Assembly (NCBI GenBank): GCA_038496445.1
Contig: JALMLS010000404.1
Span: 62,001 to 126,000, forward strand
Length of the DNA stretch: 64,000 nucleotides
Direction of reading: 5' to 3'
From: Trichosphaerium sp. ATCC 40318
Lineage: Eukaryota > Protista > Tubulinea
Below, one piece after another: positions 22,021 through 32,979 of this stretch. A model generated the notes under the pieces. That model was not told the origin of the DNA, searched no databases, and worked only from the letters and a program-made list of their open reading frames with translations. Numbering within the stretch: the stretch's first letter is position 1; the number at the start of each line of letters is the position of its first letter. Both the position numbers and the translations under genes were made by a program.

Positions 22021-23559
22021 AGCTCATTACGCGTAACAAAAAAAAAAGTTACGCGTAACAAATTTTTCCTGGTCAAGTGACTCAGTGTCCTTGTTTTATT
22101 TTTTTTTGAGAAACGCCATATACGTTTTAATCATGCCTACAAGTGCAGGATATACTTTGATGCGATCATGGAATTTGTGAACAAGCCAGCAAAGTCAGCT
22201 GACTGATTCCAATTTTAGTGGGTTTTTTCGGTATTTGTTACAAAGTTTGCAATAATATTCCATCTTTTGTCCAAGCATTGTTGTTTATATATACAACACA
22301 TAAAATAGAATGGTATTAAACAAACCTCATTAAACTTGAAGTTTTTTAGTGTAATGACAGAATTGACAGACACCTCAAAAATTGTTGAGATTGTTTTTTT
22401 TTATTTTTGCAAAGTTGTCGCATGTACTACACAGACTCTTGAATAAATTTTTTAGTAATTTCACTTTCTAGCGTCTTTATATTGCTTATATATGAGTTCT
22501 AGGTATAAAAGGTTTGTTACAGTTAGCTACAAACAGGTTCAGAAAATGGTTTTTTGTATCTTTTGTGTGTTTGTAACTATTCATTTTTATGCTAATATTG
22601 TGCACTTAGTCAATATTGATCATTTGATCGTCTGAAATACAGCATCTCCTTCAACTAACACCATCTTTTTTAAAGGTACCTATTGGTGATAGCATTTTTC
22701 GGATTGTTTTTTGAGTGTCCAACAAAAAAAAAATACAATTTATTCAGAATTATAAAACGTCACCATAACACAAGGCCTTTGCAAGTACAAGATGTATTTG
22801 ATCATGATCAGGACACTTGGATACTATATTGTAATATGTGATGGCTACAGGGATGTCATTGTCATTTTCATAATTCCCGTAATCATTCGATAGTTTTGCT
22901 CTATACACTGCCCAGGCATTGAAGTACTCCATTTAGTTTGATTAGCATGATCAACAACATCAAAGTGAGTTGTATAAAATGAATGTATCACAGCTGACCA
23001 GCCCCAAAAACTAGCTTAATATGGATATTAAAGCTGTTTTCAAAAGTAGGATCATGTGCCTTTAAAAGTCTATCAATTAACTCTGACTTATTACCAACCA
23101 CTCAAACACTGTCTTTGCATTGTATTGGAAAACCCAGTTTTGCTACTGGGTTTAGAGACATGCTCAATTTCGGGGAAGGAAAATTTGCTCATATGTCAAA
23201 ACTCGCCAACCTTCATCAATAACTTTGTTTAGCTTTCAATCTGCTCTGTCGTTTGCATTTGTCTCTTCCTGTTGGCTTTTAGATTGTTTTATGTCTGAGT
23301 GCGCGATATTTTAGCGATTTTAGGCTATCACCTGCTCCTGCGTCCGGCTGACACATTCAAGCAGTAATTGACGCGTAGCAGCACGGCGTTTACGCGATTT
23401 CATGATTGTGTAACGGTTTGCGTTTTATTTTGCGTGAAGCGACTTTTAAACTATTGGAATAGGTAACAAATGTAGCGGTATTAATGTTGTCATGGTCAAC
23501 AGGGGTTTTTATTAAAATTTGTTACGCGTAATTTTTTTTTTTGTTACGAATAACGAGTT
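22021..23559 (-). mobile_element. Degenerate ~1.5-kb DNA transposon with ~45-bp imperfect terminal inverted repeats
   Basis: 22021-22066 (agctcattacgcgtaacaaaaaaaaaagttacgcgtaacaaatttt) is the inverse of 23514-23559. Broken coding remnants inside include SAP-like VVGNKSELIDRLLK and YTTHFDVVDHANQ..FNAWAVY, loosely piggyBac-transposase-like. Confidence 0.6.
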
Positions 23560-23621
23560 TAGTTCTTCATCAGTCAATTGAATGGAATCCTTCGAAAGCT
23601 ATTACTCTTGATAATTGATTA

Positions 23622-24289
23622 GGGACGATTTTTGTAAGCTTACAGTTCACACTTTCAAAAAAACTCTAGTGCATCTCAAAAACACTACTTTTACCCACAT
23701 TTAGGGTATGCTTCAGAGCACATATGTGGCTATAATTGATATAAACCAGAACTTGCTGGTAATTAATAGTGTGCTTCAATCAACTATTTCATTGAAACTA
23801 AAACTGAGGTTGTTCTGCCTGGTATCATATTTTGCTCCTCTATCACCACCATGTTTTGCAGGTAATTCTTTTACAGCATAGTGAGTAAGGATTACATTCT
23901 TTCGTTTAAGGCATTTTTTGTCACTTTCAGTGTACCACATAAAGCTATCGTCACCTGTCTCTAGACCTGATTGTTGTAAATTGGTCATTCTTTTGAGCAA
24001 TCATTCTAAGCCACAGATACCTTTTTCAAACCTTTACTTTTGGCTGCAGGTGCTCAATAAATCATTGTGTACCTACGCACGGTTATAGCATATTTGATGA
24101 TTTAGGTATCAAAACACAGAGGTTTCTTTTTCAAGGAAGCTGATGAACATATAGTTAAGTCTTAAAAAAAATGCCACAAGTAAATTAACTAATTTATTCC
24201 ACTTAACAATAGAGCCATTCATTGCAAACGTACATTCACACCGGATAAAGCATTGATATGAGGTGTGGACCGCTTACAAAAATCGTCCC
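23622..24289 (-). mobile_element. Non-autonomous TIR element, copy A (18-bp TIR GGGACGATTTTTGTAAGC, TA target duplication)
   Basis: Perfect TIRs at 23622-23639 and 24272-24289, each flanked by TA. The interior is homologous to copy B. Confidence 0.9.
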
Positions 24290-25286
24290 TACAATCCACA
24301 AGCGTAATAGTATGAACACCAGCCAATGTTTTAACACCATCATCCGTTACTTTATTACAGTAAGTTAGATTAACTGTGTGGGCTCCTGCTAAGGCTTTAA
24401 CACCATCATCTGTTATTTCATTACACCTGTATAGATCAATAGTATGGACTCCTGCCAATGCTTTAACTCCATCATCTGTTATTTGAATACACCAAGATAG
24501 ATCAATTGCATGAACCCCTGCCAACGCTTTAACTCCATCATTCGTTATTTGATTACACCAATATAGGTCAATAGTATGAACTCCTGCTAAAGCTGCGACT
24601 CCATCATCCGTTATTCCAAAACAACATCTAAGTATAATTGTATGAACGCCAGCTAAAGCTTTAACACCTTCATCTGTTATTAGCTTGCTGCAGTATGATA
24701 GATCAACTGCATGAACTCCTGCCAAAGCTTTAACACCACAATCTGTCACTTGATAACATTTAGAAATACTAATTGCATGGACTCCCGCCAATGCTTTAAC
24801 TCCATTGTCTGTTATTTGAGTACAGCAAGATAAATCAATTTTCCGTATTCCAGCAAGCTGAGCAACCATCTCATCATTCACGTCAGCCTTCATACTGGAA
24901 TGAAACCATCCAACTTTATATGTGGTAAAGCTAATACTATCAATGACTTTGAACCCACTAAAGTCAATATTTTTGTCCAACTTGGACAGTTCGAGCGCAT
25001 AAGCGCCATGTAGGTACTGCAAATCTTTTTGGTTGATACGAAAATCAATAGTAATTGTACTTGTACTGATTAAATGTCTAAATCTCTGAAACAACGTTCT
25101 GAGCCTTCTTCTAGATTTAATAATAATTTTTCTACCACTCGTGTATCCTATATGCTGTACTGCGATATCGGACAATAAATGTGATGTTTGAGCAACTGAA
25201 CGCATGGAGGACGCAGGAACAAACTGTAGAATGTTAACTGTTAATTCAACGGGTATCTCATCAAAGAATGCGGTATTTGAGTTCAT
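24219..25286 (-). CDS. F-box + ~9 x 22-aa LRR protein; last 23 codons supplied by the TIR element
   Basis: F-box FFDEIPVELTVNILQFV. Tandem LAGVHxIxLxxCxxITDDGVKA repeats. Intronless. Confidence 0.9.
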   Translation of the reverse strand: MNSNTAFFDEIPVELTVNILQFVPASSMRSVAQTSHLLSDIAVQHIGYTSGRKIIIKSRRRLRTLFQRFRHLISTSTITIDFRINQKDLQYLHGAYALELSKLDKNIDFSGFKVIDSISFTTYKVGWFHSSMKADVNDEMVAQLAGIRKIDLSCCTQITDNGVKALAGVHAISISKCYQVTDCGVKALAGVHAVDLSYCSKLITDEGVKALAGVHTIILRCCFGITDDGVAALAGVHTIDLYWCNQITNDGVKALAGVHAIDLSWCIQITDDGVKALAGVHTIDLYRCNEITDDGVKALAGAHTVNLTYCNKVTDDGVKTLAGVHTITLVDCRDDFCKRSTPHINALSGVNVRLQ

Positions 25287-25600
25287 GGCTTTTATGTATT
25301 TGTGTATGTGATGTTGAGGCTTTATTTCGATACCTTTGTCTTGTCACGTGTGCAAGTTTTTATTTTGAATCGTTTAGTTTCCAAACTAAGATTGACTTTT
25401 TTCTGTTTTTGTACCGCAAGCTGTCCACGTTGTAAACCCCAAATCCTCGAGGATACCTTAAAAGCGTTGCTTTTGCATACACGAGAACACTGTAACACAA
25501 AGAACGACGAAAGAGATTGAGAGGCTCAATACGAGCCATTTTATGTTATGCACGTTAAAACGATAATATTTGTAACGTATTAACGCGTATTTAGAACGTA

Positions 25601-27111
25601 ATGGCTTTTAATGATCGAATTAAATTATTTTTGGCTTTAAGCGTGTTTATGGTGTTCGCATTTATATGTATGGGCAACTACATAACGTATAAGACGAGTT
25701 CACCTGAGAATATAGATAGACTAATAAAAGTACGTTTTATCGCTTCTACCAACGAAATCATATGCTAACAATTGGTTTGAAGGGTTTTTTGCTTACCCAA
25801 AAAGCAGCTTCGCTTAACGCCAATAAAGAGCCGTCAAAAGATGTTAAACACGATGACAACGCGGATGAGAATACCGGAGAGGGCAATAAAGCACCTCTAC
25901 CGCTACCAGGAGGTAATACAAACAAAGACCTATCGGACAAACCGCAAAACTCAAAGATAGAACCTATAGACATCTCAACACTTGATACAGCTGCGAAGAA
26001 ACGCGCTAAAGCCGACGAGATGAATTCTAAGCAGTTTATTCACAATAACGATAAATTCTCGTTCGTGCCATCAGAGATGTCAGTTATATTTCTCATACAG
26101 GTACACGTGCGTGCGGATGAATTGAGGCACACATTAGATTCTCTGAGAATGGCTAAGGATATTGATAAGTCGCTTATCATTTTAAGTCATGATGTTTTTT
26201 CGCAGGATATTTTTGACGAAGTCAAGAAAATCGATTTCACGAGTTATATTCAATTATTTTTTCCTTATGCCACTGATTTATACCCTGACACATTCCCTGG
26301 ACTTGACCCAAGAGATTGTGTTTGGAATGTATCTTACGCCAAAGCAGAAAAAAGCGGATGTCAGAACTATGCTTTTTCGGATGCTCATAAACATTATAGA
26401 GAGCCGCATATAACTCAGCTTAAACATCATTGGTTATGGAAGTTACACTTTGTTTATCAAGGTGTTGATATACTTAAAGGATATGATGGCGTTATATACC
26501 TACTAGAGGATGACTTTTATGTCAGCCCTGACGCAATTCATTTTGCTTCGGCTATTGAAAAACAAGCAAATGAACAATGTCCTGACTGTCTACTCTTCAG
26601 TGTTGGTAGATTAACTGATCGTGGCCCTGATTTTAGTAATTCTGGCGATGTAAATATCACGTGGTTTAATACAGATAACTCAGCGCTTGTTGTAAGACGA
26701 AATTTTTGGGAAAAACTTAGAGGTGAATGTGGTCAGTTTTTTTGTGATTTTGATGATTATAACTGGGATTTGACATTAGCAGCGATTTCAGGGAAATGCA
26801 ATCTTAAGACTTTCAAGGCAAAAGCAAATCGTATTATACATATAGGTAGATGTAAGGGTACACATGTTATGGGTGCGTGTACTTCAGATACAATTAAAGC
26901 GAAAATAGATGCGTTCATGAAGAAGGAAGTCAACCTCTTTCCTACAAAACTTACTTTTGCCAAAGAACCAAAAAAAATGTCTGAGAGTATAAAAGCTCAT
27001 GGTTATGGTGGTTGGGGTGATATAAGAGATAAATATTTATGTAAGAGTTTTATATCTGATCACGTGGACAAAGATGTTTTAGAGAAGGCACATGGAAAGC
27101 TGAAAATATAA
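25601..27111 (+). CDS. MGAT2: Alpha-1,6-mannosyl-glycoprotein 2-beta-N-acetylglucosaminyltransferase (GnT-II, GT16)
   Basis: Signal-anchor exon from 25601, then one intron. Motifs LIQVH.R, QLFFPY..YPDTFPG.DPRDC, TQLKHHWLWK, LEDDFYV, FCDFDDYNWD, GGWGDIRD. Confidence 0.92.
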
Positions 27112-27870
27112 ACAAATTTCAATCAAAAAACTGTTGTGATTGAGTACCTTGTACATGTTGTAAAAAAAATAAGGTTTCAAGAATAAAAACTCTTGAGATC
27201 TACAGCTGCACATGGACATCTCTTTGTAAATTACCGTCTTATTTCACAGAACTGTATAAGGTTTAAATTCAAGCTGACTTCAGACTTTTGCTATTGGCGC
27301 TCTTTATTAGCTGTCTGGCTCAAAGTTTGTATTTACGTTGAAAATAATTTATTAGGCGGCCTTTATGTTTCTAGTGGCACGGTCAAGATTTTCGGTGGTT
27401 CATTTAAAATTCAAATGCCGCTCGGCGGCCATTGTTGTCGATGAATAGAACTGATTCTTTCACGTCAACAATTAGATGAGTGGTGCTATTGTTTTCACTA
27501 TGCGAAGGTCACGTTTTTGGGGTTTTTTTACATTGGTAATTGTATTGCATGCAATGATTAATAAACACTGGCACAGGCACTGTAGATAAACGGCAGGAGG
27601 AGTACTTGATGATAACCACAAAAGAGTTTTGGTATTCTAACAGCACAATTTTACACGAGTTCTTAAATGTAGGATAACCCGCTCATGTGGTTACTCTAGA
27701 TAGAATTTTATTAAGAAGTTCCGCTTCTTGTATACACGCACACATGCGTGGGAAACATGTTTTAACTGTTTTTATTGTGCTTGTTTGGCTTAGAATGTCA
27801 AAAAAAAAATCAACTTCAAAGGTGCAACAGCAATTATTATTTTTATTTGGGGTTTATAACATCCAAACTT

Positions 27871-28215
27871 TTAGAATTCTCTAAGCCATCTTTGGCCTTG
27901 CTCACGCAAGTCACGTACTTCTCGTTGTACATGACGCCTTGCTTCTTCTACTTCAGCTGTGAAGTCAGCCTTACAGTCGTCAGTGCAAATATCGCCTTCT
28001 CTGTCACATCTGCTTATGATACGGTTTTGATAGCGCTCTTCGAAGCCAAAAAATTTAACCCAACGCGGGATATCGTTAGCGTCTTCAATGCATTCGTTCT
28101 CATCTTGTATGCAATCTCCAATGCAAGAAGCAAAGTTTGTTGTGTATCTTAGTGCAATCACTTGAGTGAGGCAGCAACAAGCAATAAGAAGTAGTACGAT
28201 TGTAAATGAGCGCAT
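27871..28215 (-). CDS. Small secreted cysteine-rich protein (114 aa)
   Basis: Signal peptide; CX3CX6C ... CX6CX3C pattern; charged helical tail. Confidence 0.7.
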   Translation of the reverse strand: MRSFTIVLLLIACCCLTQVIALRYTTNFASCIGDCIQDENECIEDANDIPRWVKFFGFEERYQNRIISRCDREGDICTDDCKADFTAEVEEARRHVQREVRDLREQGQRWLREF

Positions 28216-29166
28216 TTTGTTGTTTATCGTGTACGAGAAACTGTTTAATGGTCTTAACTTCTACTTTTAAGGATACTTTCCTTATTTAGAAGGTAAAGTC
28301 CTTAAACTGAAATCAGAACTACGTAAATGTTTCTACGGTAGTACACGCTCTAAAACACAAGCCTCAACAACAGTCCTAGGTTTGAATTCTACTGGATCTT
28401 TGTGGCGACCGGAATTGCTTTAGCACAAAGCCATAGCTGGATAGAAAACTCCTTATGTCGTAAAACAGAGCACTACCTTTGGGAGTGAAATTGGTCCCAT
28501 GTTTTTACAAAAAAAAACCGCTTCAAAGATGGCATGCGAGAGGGCAGAGTTAAAGTAACATGTACGACCTTGAAGGGTCTCAGGCTTCATGACCAAGCAA
28601 TCAAGGTAAGAGATAGGTTCTCCTCCAATCCGTTGTTTGTAGGAGCCAATGGACGATAGGGATCTAACATGTTCATAAAGTAGTGAACGTGCAAAAAACT
28701 GTACATTTTGGGCAATTAGATAGCGACGGTATTGCTAGCCAAACTCCTTCCAAGGATACTAGAGTATACAAGGCAATGATTGGCACTTTCTAGATGACTA
28801 TGATGGAAATGGTGACATTGGGGATGAGACGTTTTGCCTATAATTGGTAAAAAAACATGTAAAAAACTTAACCGACTCATAAAGATTGCAAGATAATTTT
28901 GAACGCTATACTTGTAACCGAATATGCCCAACATATAGTAGATAATGTACAAAAAATAAATTCACGTTTTTGTTTGCTGCTAAGGACATGGGAACTACAC
29001 AACAAATATTCTCTCTAGATACCAAGAGGAGTGACCGCATTCTGGCCATAAAATCCTGATTGAACTGACAATGGACAAATCTAGTACATAAAGCAGTGGT
29101 GGCAGTTTACGTGACTATTTCATTGAAGGAACGACTTAAAAACAATCACAGATTAACCGAAGCTAA

Positions 29167-30108
29167 ATGGCAATGAAACGCATCACGTGTGTTGATACAT
29201 CAAGTACAGAAGTCACAGGCTTGTTTTCGCTTCCAATTGAGATACTACAACATATTATTGTTAGCAACGACCTTTCATGGCAAGATTTGGCTTCATTACA
29301 ACAATCAAACCATTATCTGTGCGAAATGATACAAAACTCATCAGATTACATTTATCGTCATTTGTACCATCATAAATGGGGTCTTGATGCTGAGGATATA
29401 GAGTTCGCTGTACATCAACTTATCCGCAGAAAAGGGTGTATGCGCAAGTCTCCCCATTCAGAAGAAATGCCAACTTTGTATAATCTTAATGCAGTCACGT
29501 GGAAAGAAAAGTACAGAAATAAACTCCTTCCAAATATTATCTTGGAGTTGAATTGTGACAACAAACATGTTCACAAAGGACAGACAGTAACCTTCAAACT
29601 TACACTTCAGAATATTGGTAAAAAACAAGAGCAAGTCTACCTTGGCCATGGCTCCAATTGGATACCCGATCATTATATTGAAGGTGGAGATGTTGGTTAT
29701 ATATGGAAGCCTATTATCACAGATCATCGGTTTCTCAACAATTTCAAGAGCGACCACGCATTTGCTGCTCATTTTTATGGAGTGGGCAATGATCACTCTT
29801 ATTTTAAAATGAACCCAGGGGATAGAAAATCATTTGATATGCCATTACATTTTGATAACAAGAAATCACAGTTAAAATTTAAATCTAGAACAACTTACAT
29901 ACCTCCTGGTTTATTGTCTTTTCAAAGTAAAATCTGTGAAGTGATGGTTGCATGTGATGAAACACCAGATGTGTTTCCTCTTAAAATATTTGTCAAACTA
30001 CACACAGCCAATCACGTTCCGTTTGAATTTAAGGGTCATACTAAGATGCATTGCATAGCAGTAACAAGCAATGTTGTAAATCTTACAATGTACAAAACAC
30101 GCCAATAA
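29167..30108 (+). CDS. F-box + Ig-like protein, family copy 2
   Basis: Intronless 313-aa ORF with all family framework motifs. Confidence 0.88.
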   Translation: MAMKRITCVDTSSTEVTGLFSLPIEILQHIIVSNDLSWQDLASLQQSNHYLCEMIQNSSDYIYRHLYHHKWGLDAEDIEFAVHQLIRRKGCMRKSPHSEEMPTLYNLNAVTWKEKYRNKLLPNIILELNCDNKHVHKGQTVTFKLTLQNIGKKQEQVYLGHGSNWIPDHYIEGGDVGYIWKPIITDHRFLNNFKSDHAFAAHFYGVGNDHSYFKMNPGDRKSFDMPLHFDNKKSQLKFKSRTTYIPPGLLSFQSKICEVMVACDETPDVFPLKIFVKLHTANHVPFEFKGHTKMHCIAVTSNVVNLTMYKTRQ

Positions 30109-30377
30109 AGCACTACACAACTGTCTTTTTAGCTTTGTACTATTGAGCTAATAGTTGATTAACACTGCTCCGAAGGAAGGTGTGAGGACGATCATTTGTT
30201 CAATACAGACCACTCATGTAGCCAATAAACAAGTCTTTCACCTTCAAAACGTGTTCAATTACAATTATTGACATTGACCAAAGCGAGAAGTAAATGGCAA
30301 CACGTGCGTTATTGAATCATTCAGAAGAAAACTCAAGACAACCCTAAAACAGTACTTTCAGCTTTAAACAAGCACAA

Positions 30378-31271
30378 ATGGAAATAAAAGGGGTCATCAC
30401 ATGTATTGATTCATCAAACGCAGTTACAGACTTGTTTTCGCTTCCTCTCGAGATACTACAACATATTATTGTTAGTAACGACCTTTCATGGCAAGATTTG
30501 GCGTCGTTACAACAATCAAACCATTATCTGTGCGAAATGATACAAAACTCATCAGATTACATTTATCGTCATTTGTATCATCAGAAATGGGGTCTTGATG
30601 CTGAAAAAATAGAGTCCGCTATCCACCAGCATACCAAAATACAAGAGCATATAAATAATTATGAGCATCCCATGGCTTATTTCTTGTCACCCAAGTTGCG
30701 TAATCTTGAGTCAATCACGTGGAAAGAGAAATACAGAAATAAACTTCGTCCAAACATCATTGCAGAGTTGAATTGTGACAACAAACATGTTCACAAAGGA
30801 CAGACAGTAGCATTCAAACTTACACTTCAGAATATTGGCAAAAAACAAGAGATAGTGGACCTTTATCAAATGGAAAATGGTGATGCTATTTGCATTTGGG
30901 AGCCTATAATCACAGATGAAAGAGGGTTTCTCTACAATTTCAAGAGTATCCACAATTATTATTTAAAACGGGAAATTGGTTCTGGTTGTGCTAGATTGAA
31001 TTCAGGGGACCAACAAACAATAGAGATACCATTATTGTTTGATAATTTTAAGTCAGATGTAGGATGTTCTAGATCTAGAATATTCAAGCTACCTCCTGGT
31101 ACATTATCTCTTCAAGGTAAAATCTCTGAAGTGATGGTTGCATGTGATGAGACACCAGATGTGTTTCCTCTCCAAGTATTTGTAAAACTCTATGTTTATG
31201 CATTTTCCAATAGTAAAAATCCAATAGTTTCAAGCAATGTTGTACATCTTACAATGTACAAAACACACTAA
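30378..31271 (+). CDS. F-box + Ig-like protein, family copy 3
   Basis: Intronless 297-aa ORF; framework conserved; loops 2 and 5 are shortened. Confidence 0.88.
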   Translation: MEIKGVITCIDSSNAVTDLFSLPLEILQHIIVSNDLSWQDLASLQQSNHYLCEMIQNSSDYIYRHLYHQKWGLDAEKIESAIHQHTKIQEHINNYEHPMAYFLSPKLRNLESITWKEKYRNKLRPNIIAELNCDNKHVHKGQTVAFKLTLQNIGKKQEIVDLYQMENGDAICIWEPIITDERGFLYNFKSIHNYYLKREIGSGCARLNSGDQQTIEIPLLFDNFKSDVGCSRSRIFKLPPGTLSLQGKISEVMVACDETPDVFPLQVFVKLYVYAFSNSKNPIVSSNVVHLTMYKTH

Positions 31272-31726
31272 TAAACTCTTTAAACTTGTAAATGAGAAAA
31301 GCCCTATTGCTGCTATTTTGACACCCAGCAATTCTACTGATCGCTAACTTAGAGTGAACATAGGTTAAAAAATTCAAACAACTATTTCTAGCTAAGCTGA
31401 AATTGTTTTACTCCAAAAGATTGGCAATCTCAGAAGCTTCAAACTGAATACACAGCACGTTACGTCATAGTAAGTATGTACTGTTGAGCATTCCAGTGTG
31501 GATAGTCATTAGTAATCTTGATATACAATAAAGGAATTAAACTAAGCTTACTGTAAGCATGATGTGTAAACAATCTTTTAATTAAAGCCTTGCTACTAAG
31601 TGGTCAAACCAAGACATGTTTGCCTAAAACTTTCTTATGTACTTTTTACAGCGAGATCAATACAATCATATTCAATGAAACTATCATCGAAGATATTTTT
31701 CCATTTCTGTTTTTGCAAAAAATTTA

Positions 31727-32674
31727 TTAAGATGTCTTGTACATCGTAAGGTTTACAACATTGCTTGTAACAGTTGAGCAATGTCCATAAACAACCTTGT
31801 TACCCCTAGTGTTATAAACCCTTATATGTGAATCCTTTAAAGTGTTGAGTTTTACGAATACTTGGAGAGGAAACACATCTGGTGTCTCATCACAAGCAAC
31901 CATCACTTCAGAGATTTTGCCTTGAAGAGATAATGTACCAGGAGGTATTTTAGACTGCTGCAACGCTAGAAATAATCCTCTTAATGGCTTTAAGTTGTCA
32001 AAAAGTAAAGGTATCTCAAATGTCTGTCTATCTCCTGGTTGCAGAATACGAGCAAGTCTATCTAGTTCAAAATATTCACGTTCAATCTTGTAATTTTGGA
32101 ACAACTCACCAGGATTTATGACAAGAGGTTTCCAAATATACACAGCACCTCCACCTTCAATTCGCTGACAATCATCAAGCCTTGAACCAGTACCAAGGTG
32201 TACTGTCTCTTCCGTCGTACCAATATTATGAAGTGTAAGTGTGAATGTTATTGTGTCGCCTTTGTGAACATGGGTCTTGTCACAACTCAACTCCGAGATG
32301 ATATTTGAACACAATCTGTTTCGATACTTCTCTTTCCACGTGACTGCATTTAAATTATACAAAAGAGTAGGCCCATAATACCTACAATATGACAATTGCT
32401 GATTTAAAGCAAGTGCGATGTGTTTGTGGATACCAGACTCTATTTCTTCAGCATCAAGACCCCATTTCTGATGATACAAATGACGATAAATGTAATCTGA
32501 CGAGTTTCGTATCATTTCGCACAGATAATGGTTTGATTGTTGTAACGAAGCTAAATCTTGCCATGAAAGGTCATTACTTACAATAATATGTTGTAGTATC
32601 TCGATTGGAAGCGAAAACAACTCTATGACTTCCACGCATAATGTATCAACACGTGCAAGCCGTTTAGGTGTCAT
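31727..32674 (-). CDS. F-box + Ig-like protein, family copy 4 (mosaic)
   Basis: Intronless 315-aa ORF, convergent with copy 3. Confidence 0.88.
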   Translation of the reverse strand: MTPKRLARVDTLCVEVIELFSLPIEILQHIIVSNDLSWQDLASLQQSNHYLCEMIRNSSDYIYRHLYHQKWGLDAEEIESGIHKHIALALNQQLSYCRYYGPTLLYNLNAVTWKEKYRNRLCSNIISELSCDKTHVHKGDTITFTLTLHNIGTTEETVHLGTGSRLDDCQRIEGGGAVYIWKPLVINPGELFQNYKIEREYFELDRLARILQPGDRQTFEIPLLFDNLKPLRGLFLALQQSKIPPGTLSLQGKISEVMVACDETPDVFPLQVFVKLNTLKDSHIRVYNTRGNKVVYGHCSTVTSNVVNLTMYKTS

Positions 32675-32979
32675 TTGAACTTTAAATAATTATAATTTGG
32701 GCAATCAGTTTTCACTGAGCGACACAGAAAGATTTTTGACAAATAAACAAAGGATTGGTTTTTATGGTTTTATTTTTTTGTACAGGGTTAGGCAACATAT
32801 AAAAGTAAAGAATATTCTGCCTCACATGTATCATGATCCAATATTCGAAAAAGGATAAGTAGTAGAGAGGGCGAAAATCGTATTCTTTTGTGTGTAGAAA
32901 AAATACCCAACAAATATCATTATTATTTCTTTTTTTGTTCTTGTTTTTTTTTTTTTCAGTTCTTAGGCCTGGTGTGATG

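Noticed and set aside
24300-24860. CRISPR-like repeat-spacer periodicity
   Set aside because: In-frame 66-bp coding LRR units in a eukaryotic gene; no cas genes.
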